This document shows positions 17,101 to 22,356 of a DNA stretch of 22,356 bases, one piece after another; the first letter of the stretch is position 1; the number at the start of each line of letters is the position of its first letter. The translations under genes were made by a program, and so were the position numbers. The notes beneath the pieces were generated by a model. That model had not been told where the DNA came from. It did no database searches and was given only the letters and a program-made list of their open reading frames with translations. Origin of the DNA: Candidatus Micrarchaeota archaeon (lineage in GTDB: Archaea; Micrarchaeota; Micrarchaeia; Anstonellales; Bilamarchaeaceae); NCBI GenBank assembly GCA_041694885.1, contig JBGFRX010000024.1:1-22356 (forward strand), read 5' to 3'.

Positions 17101-18026
17101 AACTCTCTTCGAGAAGGGATTTTCTGCGCGACTTTTTGGACTCGTTGGAAGGAAAGGAATTGGAAGCACAGGTTACGCTGCTTAAAACATATGACAGGAA
17201 GTGGCTTCCTGGGCAGCTGAGGGCGCTCAAAAAGAATGCTTCCGGTGAAATAAACAAAATGCGCACGGCATATCTGGATTCAGGTGTTGAGGATGTGGGG
17301 CTTTCTTCTATTTTCATTGAGTTGCGCGGCCTCTACAATAAATTTGATGCGAGCGGTGCGCTTGGGGACGCGTATGTGCTCGCCGCTGCCATAAAAGAAA
17401 CAAGGAGTGTGTTGGATGTTCTGGAAATGAAGGCGGCTGAGGAAAGTGCCGAGCTGCTTTCTGATGCGAAGCTATTGAGGGTAAGGGTGATTGAAACCCT
17501 GAAAAAATACAATTCCGAGTATGGGGAGGCAAAAGGAACGAAGTTCGAGCATTTTTTCAAAATAAAAAGTGAGGATGTCTCTGCCATGATTGCCCAATTG
17601 GATGTAGAGATGAAGAAGGGGAATTCGGGCGCGGTTTCGAAGATATATGACAAGCTCCTGGGAACTGAGGAAAATATCAGCGGAATTTTGAATTATCTTG
17701 AGGGTGCTGCATCCAGGAATTCACAGCTGGCTGCCGATGCCGCATCTGCTGTTTCCGGCCGCATTTCGGAAAAGGAAACGAAAAAGATCGCATCGCTCGC
17801 TTCTGCTGCAAGTGGCCATCTCTCAGAGAAGGAATGGTTGAAGGCGCTGAAAAGATATGATGAAATATTGAAAATGGCTTCGGGGATTGAGGAGGAAAGG
17901 AATTATGATGCTGTGTTGTGGTTGAGCGCTGTTTTCGTAATCGGCGTCGCGGCAGTGTATTATTACAGGAGAAGAAAAGGTGGAAAGCAGTGGAAGATCC
18001 TAAGGAGATTGGAAAAAGCTGTTTAG
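14193..18026 (+). CDS. large (1277 aa) secreted, C-terminally anchored surface protein
   Basis: N-terminal signal peptide, long Ala/Glu/Lys-rich helical regions around a beta-rich centre, many N-x-S/T sequons, C-terminal TM (VLWLSAVFVIGVAAVYYY) followed by RRRK. Confidence 0.85.
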   Translation: MLKHVGFGLLLLILVSYAVERFPQKFERPWETEYLWPHNSSVVDYAYPTRWNTDVLQGLLDNLGLGQLSYLYVENKNVERARANYTLAKNIVSQIDDFTNYGLLPYFFNVDKVCKDLGREPEKCSCTLSGGYIECHTNITRSMRQMIARGWFSADYAKAWKGTMNNALNALEESASELNQVLFDLKVAYKDADYTGICSREIAGYEVCENVSSFISAIDAGSTASDYADFARIRRALENNTERVNDDAPLLDFGWVMNVMGNEDGGAMAKVNRMKSTLWNYRNGTEHRYRVLLDEMDSVLAKATQAKENVDREELWRIRAGSYFRSIVGDDAAAVSERGEKGAALLKKAEGAKSAGLFAYAYAEQGYLKAAIANVTLAKALASAAERELEGAMEDAENVILDYEAKTIAALSKVEAKFGEGAWPEKAKVLHSNARKEFRAGRTELRYGLKFEDFVSAIKSAEEAYAVPAEGARDTNWSVIAACTDASDFIKRAESDGLDVGAEKAMLEVLNKAGNATLLVSGCSGIMENLIVTAKEKYSDLGGLRAETIRLVELCSSDCRDIQAGLERVEQGIVSGGKITYPEALGSLRNLREAYFSAKANAGKSIRLQVQKYLSVWSSFFTENAMLDEPGSARLEVEITNTVDYSGENVQAEVGSAIPFDEGDLVYGTGVLRSTTYADGKVRLYLKGINASQKERFVFEKNTTLLRTERISEKAVGFEDYSAVVNEKRKLSCGGKVDGFYANTTWEQLSINGVPVVFENGFAKKQLSEGDYDFEAQYTLAGAYSEIIGSRSSTAVGMRVYEKYVVNVVPAIGMDYLQTLVVIPQSPYVKEKMAIPLSGERLESAETGEGLVVWIYGLKRGKTARFQVSYYVDNSSEYIIKEIENLSTRNISDETKVILGGVMKALERNDTATAVQKIQDAYVQVEKEKRTNAGLEREYRENYGLVSLEFEKIERALGSGEQNENWFVEKLSSRRDFLRDFLDSLEGKELEAQVTLLKTYDRKWLPGQLRALKKNASGEINKMRTAYLDSGVEDVGLSSIFIELRGLYNKFDASGALGDAYVLAAAIKETRSVLDVLEMKAAEESAELLSDAKLLRVRVIETLKKYNSEYGEAKGTKFEHFFKIKSEDVSAMIAQLDVEMKKGNSGAVSKIYDKLLGTEENISGILNYLEGAASRNSQLAADAASAVSGRISEKETKKIASLASAASGHLSEKEWLKALKRYDEILKMASGIEEERNYDAVLWLSAVFVIGVAAVYYYRRRKGGKQWKILRRLEKAV

Positions 18027-19529
18027 TCGCGACTGGCCCGCCTTTTTTGGTTTGGCCTCTGTTTCGCGCGCAATTTCTTCTTTTTGGCGTTTGCGCTGCT
18101 GCGGCTCCAACTCCGGGTTTTTCTGCATTCGTGAAATTATATGCTTCATCCTCCTTTCGCGGTTTATTGCAGCCCAATGGAAATACTCGTCCCGCGTGCC
18201 TTTCGTAATGAGGATGCATACCTCACCTTCATGGAAACGACCTGCGCGGCCTCGCCTCTGTATGTTCCTTATCTCGCTCGGTATGGGTTCATAGAAAACG
18301 ACTGAATCAACTGTTGGGATGTCGAGCCCCTCTTCGCCTATCGAGCTTGCCACAAGGACCTTGAACTTATCCTGTCTGAAATCGGATATTGTTTCTTCTT
18401 GCTGCTTCCTTGTGTAGCCGCTTTTCTTTCCGAGGAACATGCGCGCTTGAATTCCTACGCTTTGCAATTCCCGTTCTATGAGCGTCACCTGCGTTCGGTA
18501 TTGTGCAAATACGATCGTTTTTTTGCCTCCACGGTTGTGGATGAGATCAAGGAGCAGGTCGAGTTTCGGGTGTTCCTCCTTCGTAATGGAAAGGATTTGC
18601 CTTATCTTTGCAATTTCGGGTTTTTTGAGAAGTGCCTTGGCGCTCTTTGTTTCCTTCAACCTCATTTTTTCCATATAATTCCTCAATGTGGATGCGCCCT
18701 GGGTCTCAACCAGTTCCTGCATGTGAAGGAGGTTGAGGAGTACTGAGTATGTAACAAGGATGGAGTATTTGGCGTTGCTCGGCATCGCGAGGATTTTCTG
18801 CCTGAGCGCAATGAAAAGCCGTTTGGATTTTACTGGTGCTGGGAAGCCCATTCTTGTTAGCTGCTGCGCGTACTGTGAAATCATGCCGTCTAAGATGTTT
18901 TTTATTATTTTTAAATCAGGGCTGAGTGTGGTTTCCATCCATTTTATTTCGAGGTTTTTTACGTATTCTTTTATGTCATGGTCTTCTCTTGTGCGTATCT
19001 GCACGTTTTTTATAAAAAGGTTCGAAAGAATTTTGTTTATGCGTTCCCTGCTGCCGCCTGGTGAAGCGGTGAGGCCGATTATGAGCGCGTTTTCCTTTAT
19101 TTTCTCTGCAATCAAGGTATATGCATAATTGCCGATTGCGCGATGGGCTTCGTCGAATATGCACAGTGTTATTGATTGGGGATCTTCAAATACACCGCTC
19201 TTGAGGTCATTTTTTATTGTTTGGGGGGTTGAGAAAATCACTTGGTGGTCGTATAGTTCTTTTCGTTTGTTTTTTTGGATCTCACCGGTTATTATGGCCG
19301 CTGCTCCGGTTATGGGTTTGGTTGTTTCGGAAAAAGAGGAAAAATGCTGCTTCACGAGTGGTTTGGTTGGGGCGAGAAAAAGGCATTTCCCTCTCACACT
19401 CTTGTTTTTAACGAGCATGAAACCAATAAGCGTCTTACCAAGCCCCGTGGGCAGCACCACTAATGTGTTTCCTTTACTCATTATTGATTCGTAAATCGCT
19501 TTCTGGTATTCACGTGGTTCCATTCCCAT
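18000..19529 (-). CDS. Hef/FANCM-type SF2 helicase (no C-terminal ERCC4 nuclease)
   Basis: PREYQ, VLPTGLGKT, LAPTKPLVKQH, DEAHRAIGNYAY, LTASPG, GEEGLDIP, YEPIPSEIRNIQRRGRAGR. Confidence 0.92.
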   Translation of the reverse strand: MGMEPREYQKAIYESIMSKGNTLVVLPTGLGKTLIGFMLVKNKSVRGKCLFLAPTKPLVKQHFSSFSETTKPITGAAAIITGEIQKNKRKELYDHQVIFSTPQTIKNDLKSGVFEDPQSITLCIFDEAHRAIGNYAYTLIAEKIKENALIIGLTASPGGSRERINKILSNLFIKNVQIRTREDHDIKEYVKNLEIKWMETTLSPDLKIIKNILDGMISQYAQQLTRMGFPAPVKSKRLFIALRQKILAMPSNAKYSILVTYSVLLNLLHMQELVETQGASTLRNYMEKMRLKETKSAKALLKKPEIAKIRQILSITKEEHPKLDLLLDLIHNRGGKKTIVFAQYRTQVTLIERELQSVGIQARMFLGKKSGYTRKQQEETISDFRQDKFKVLVASSIGEEGLDIPTVDSVVFYEPIPSEIRNIQRRGRAGRFHEGEVCILITKGTRDEYFHWAAINRERRMKHIISRMQKNPELEPQQRKRQKEEIARETEAKPKKAGQSRLNSFFQSP

Positions 19530-19614
19530 ACTCTTTTTTCTACAAATCTGCTTAAATAATAAGATAGTGGGGGTGTAGTTCCAGTAAAAATTTGATGGTT
19601 AAAAATAAAAATAT

Positions 19615-19632
19615 TTGTAACTATAGTTACAA
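19615..19632. promoter_or_regulatory. perfect 18-bp palindrome, probable operator
   Basis: TTGTAACTATAGTTACAA between the divergent helicase and Cas2-like genes. Confidence 0.65.
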
Positions 19633-19657
19633 TTCTGAAATTTGTAAAGGTGAAAAA

Positions 19658-19894
19658 ATGTTGGTTTATTTTTATGATTTGTCTCCAAAAAGGAAAGAGG
19701 ATTATAATAAATTGAAGAGGAATTTTTATTATAATTTCAACAAAATCAAATTAAAGGACTTTTCATACAAAACAAAATCCGTACTTATGGTAGCGGATAA
19801 ATATGAAAAAATCCTGGATGTTTTTTTTGCGGCATTCAGGGGCAACATCGAGGTTTATAAAATAAAAACAGAAGATGTGGAACAAATTTGTTGA
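19658..19894 (+). CDS. small AT-rich Cas2/VapD-like protein
   Basis: 78 aa after a GGTGA RBS; N-terminal strand ending YFYDL and a later KSVLMV resemble the Cas2 YD(I/V) and QxSVF motifs. Markedly AT-richer than its neighbours. Confidence 0.55.
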   Translation: MLVYFYDLSPKRKEDYNKLKRNFYYNFNKIKLKDFSYKTKSVLMVADKYEKILDVFFAAFRGNIEVYKIKTEDVEQIC

Positions 19895-19927
19895 GCGCAT
19901 AGTTCACGACCTCGACAAAACCCAAAC
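19892..19927. repeat. 36-bp direct repeat (other copy at 20451-20486 inside pheT)
   Basis: TGAGCGCATAGTTCACGACCTCGACAAAACCCAAAC is identical at both positions. Confidence 0.97.
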
Positions 19928-19992
19928 AAAAAACCACAACCACTTATAAAAATCCAGTTAAAGCTACAATACTGGAAGTGTGGAGTGTGGGA

Positions 19993-21555
19993 TTATAACT
20001 CACTCAAAACAATCTCGCAAACACCCAGGGGATTTTCTATTCCTAACACTTCCAATCTTTGCGGCGACACCTCCCCCATTTCCCCAACCTTCTTTCCATT
20101 CAGGAAAATCCCAGCCCCGCGCCCGGAGGTGAAAAAATCATTCACTATGTTTTTCAATTCAAAATCCTTACCCATGACTAGAGAGAGCGACTGGAGCGTG
20201 CCGCGCAACAGCGAAAAATCAAGGGCTTCCGCGCAAACCGCGAAAGTCAAACATATCCTTTCACCACCTTCATAACCACGGCCTATCTCAAAAATCCTGA
20301 TCGGAAGCTCGTGTGATTTGTTGGATGCAATATTATCCAGCAGGGAAACAACAGGACTTGTGCGCAGGAGAGTGAAGTCCGTTGTCTTCGGATCCATTAT
20401 CCCGAGTGGCGCGGCCTTTCTACCGAGTACTTTGAGTTTTTGCTCGTTTGTGAGCGCATAGTTCACGACCTCGACAAAACCCAAACCCATCATCGCTTCC
20501 CGTATATCGTCATTATTGTACGCGAGTGTTCCGGAAGTGAAGAAATCCGGCACAGACGGTTCGAATCTATCGTACCCGTGCGCTATTGCCACGTCTTCAA
20601 CAACATCCGCATCCTGCGTTATGTCCATTCGATAAGGAGGTATAAGTAAGGTTGCCTTAGCACCGTGCGACCAGCCGAGGCGCTTCAAATTATCAAGGAT
20701 CTCCTGTTTACTCAACTGCGTACCCAGCAATTTATTTATTGCATCAAAATACGCGCGCATTTTTACCGGTTTTAGTTTTGGGTACCCTTCCTTCCCTACA
20801 TTTACTTCGTAAATTTCTCCACCCCTGTCTGCGAGCGCGCACGTTATTATATTGAGCGCGCTGCTCAACACACCCAAATGCGTGCCAGTAAGCTCAATAA
20901 GCATGTTTTTCGTCTTTTCGTCCACCCTTGTGCGGTCGCTGTTTATTATCGGTGGGAATGAGATCACCCCTCCCCTGTCATAAAGCATAGGATAACCCCC
21001 CTCTTTCTTTACGAGGTGGCCGTAACCCCTGCCTTTCGGGTGCCTTTCCAAAATCTCATCTATGGTCATTTCCTGCCCAAAATCCAGCGGCACGAATTTC
21101 TCTTCTTTGACGAATTTGTAGATTAGGGGGAATTTCACCATATCCGCATTGTGCACCCCAATGGCTATTTTTTTTCTCTTTCGCCCTATCGTTTCGTGAA
21201 GTTTTTCCTGCAGTTGGATTATTGATTTGAGAGTACTTTCATCTACACGTACGTTCTTTACGAGCGCAAGAACAACGTAAGGCCTGTTTTTTCCCACCGA
21301 GGCGTCTATTTTACAGTACAACCGTGATTTTTTCGCAGAATACGAATGTATTTGTTTTCCATAAAATGAATTGAGGACGCGTGCAATACCTTCCACAGAA
21401 AACAAATCCGGCCGGTTTGGTGTAACTTCTACTGTGATTTCATCCTCATCCTGCTCTGCTGGCATACCAAGGTTGTTCAATCCTTCCAAAACCTCATCTT
21501 TTTTCAGCCCAGTGAGCGCAACTATTTCAGGAGCAGATATCGTGATCACAGTCAT
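19993..21555 (-). CDS. pheT: phenylalanine-tRNA ligase beta subunit (archaeal type)
   Basis: EVTPNRPDLFSVEGIAR, LQEKLH..IGRKRKKIAIGVH, SFPPIINS, PPYRMDI...DVVEDVAIAHGY, IFEIG. Confidence 0.96.
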   Translation of the reverse strand: MTVITISAPEIVALTGLKKDEVLEGLNNLGMPAEQDEDEITVEVTPNRPDLFSVEGIARVLNSFYGKQIHSYSAKKSRLYCKIDASVGKNRPYVVLALVKNVRVDESTLKSIIQLQEKLHETIGRKRKKIAIGVHNADMVKFPLIYKFVKEEKFVPLDFGQEMTIDEILERHPKGRGYGHLVKKEGGYPMLYDRGGVISFPPIINSDRTRVDEKTKNMLIELTGTHLGVLSSALNIITCALADRGGEIYEVNVGKEGYPKLKPVKMRAYFDAINKLLGTQLSKQEILDNLKRLGWSHGAKATLLIPPYRMDITQDADVVEDVAIAHGYDRFEPSVPDFFTSGTLAYNNDDIREAMMGLGFVEVVNYALTNEQKLKVLGRKAAPLGIMDPKTTDFTLLRTSPVVSLLDNIASNKSHELPIRIFEIGRGYEGGERICLTFAVCAEALDFSLLRGTLQSLSLVMGKDFELKNIVNDFFTSGRGAGIFLNGKKVGEMGEVSPQRLEVLGIENPLGVCEIVLSEL

Positions 21556-21579
21556 TTTCTCCCATTCGTTTCGTTTTTG

Positions 21580-22356
21580 TTACTGTTTCTTCTGCTCGTC
21601 TGCAAGGGCCTTCGCGTATTGCGTTGGATAGCCCTCATCAAGGCAGCCAGTGCATATGGGCATTCCTATAGCATTTTTCAAGCCGTCCATGGAAAGGTAG
21701 CCGAGACTATCAGCACCTATCATCTTCCTTATCCCATCCACGCTTTTGGTGTGCGCAGCCAGCTCCTTATAAGTGGACATATCTATGCCATAGAAGCACG
21801 GCGCGCGTATCGGTGGGCATGTTATTCTGACATGTACCTCCTTTGCGCCCCCCTTACGTATGAGCGCTATTATTTCCTTTATTGTGGTACCCCGAACTAT
21901 ACTGTCATCTACAAGAACAACCCGCTTTCCACTTACCACATCTCTTACCACATTGAGCTTAAGCTTCACAGATTCCACCCGTTTTTCTTGGCTCGGCATT
22001 ATGAACGTCCTGCCTACATATCGATTCTTTATCAGACCCTCGTCCCTTGCGATGTTGAGAGCAGCAGCGTATCCATCAGCTGCTGTCCTTGCGCTGTCCG
22101 GAACCTCTATAACAACATCAGCATTTGCCGGCTGCTCCGCTGCGAGAGCGCAGCCCAGCGCCTTCCTCACCTTCATTACACTCCTGCCGTTTATCATACT
22201 ATCAGGCCTTGAAAAATAAACGTATTCGAACATACACGCCCGCTGCCGCCCATTCCTAGTCAATTTCTCAAATTTCAATTTTCCATTACGCACTGCGGCG
22301 AGTTCGCCCGGCTTTACATCCCCAACGTGCTGGATTCCGCACACATCGAGCGCCAC
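21580..22356 (-). CDS. purF: amidophosphoribosyltransferase, 5' part outside window
   Basis: CMFEYVYFSRPDS, KNRYVGRTFIMP, VDDSIVRGTT, PCFYGIDM, CTGC. Confidence 0.96.
   Translation of the reverse strand: MALDVCGIQHVGDVKPGELAAVRNGKLKFEKLTRNGRQRACMFEYVYFSRPDSMINGRSVMKVRKALGCALAAEQPANADVVIEVPDSARTAADGYAAALNIARDEGLIKNRYVGRTFIMPSQEKRVESVKLKLNVVRDVVSGKRVVLVDDSIVRGTTIKEIIALIRKGGAKEVHVRITCPPIRAPCFYGIDMSTYKELAAHTKSVDGIRKMIGADSLGYLSMDGLKNAIGMPICTGCLDEGYPTQYAKALADEQKKQ

Noticed and set aside
19579..19977. 8-bp inverted repeat TTCCAGTA/TACTGGAA flanking the Cas2-like islet as transposon ends
   Set aside because: Only 8 bp, with no target duplication or transposase; it could be chance.
19895..19992. CRISPR array next to the Cas2-like gene
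   Set aside because: No repeated unit flanks the 36-bp segment.

Overview
Archaeal chromosomal window, most likely from a DPANN lineage such as Micrarchaeota (an inference from gene content, GGTGA ribosome-binding sites and the tRNA type). Housekeeping genes: yjbQ, NAD kinase, radA (with a 485-aa LAGLIDADG intein in the P-loop), a CoaD-YjjX fusion, pelota, purN, a Hef-type helicase, pheT and a partial purF. Accessory or unusual elements: a tRNA-Ile(UAU) split by two long structured introns, an AbiEi/AbiEii toxin-antitoxin pair, a truncated DUF4143 ATPase, a GAF/HD-GYP protein, a pseudo-receiver protein, a 1277-aa membrane-anchored protein and an AT-rich orphan Cas2/VapD-like gene. Four non-coding signals stand out. 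(1) A switch-like RNA structure between a putative ssDNA-binding gene and radA can hide or expose the radA ribosome-binding site. (2) Two exact 36-43 bp copies of internal fragments of neighbouring housekeeping genes sit at the edges of accessory islets. (3) A heptamer-periodic palindrome is found both in a tRNA intron and in frame inside an enzyme gene. (4) An ~86 bp miniature element resembles fused IS200/IS605 ends. All calls come from reading motifs by eye; no database searches or folding programs were run.
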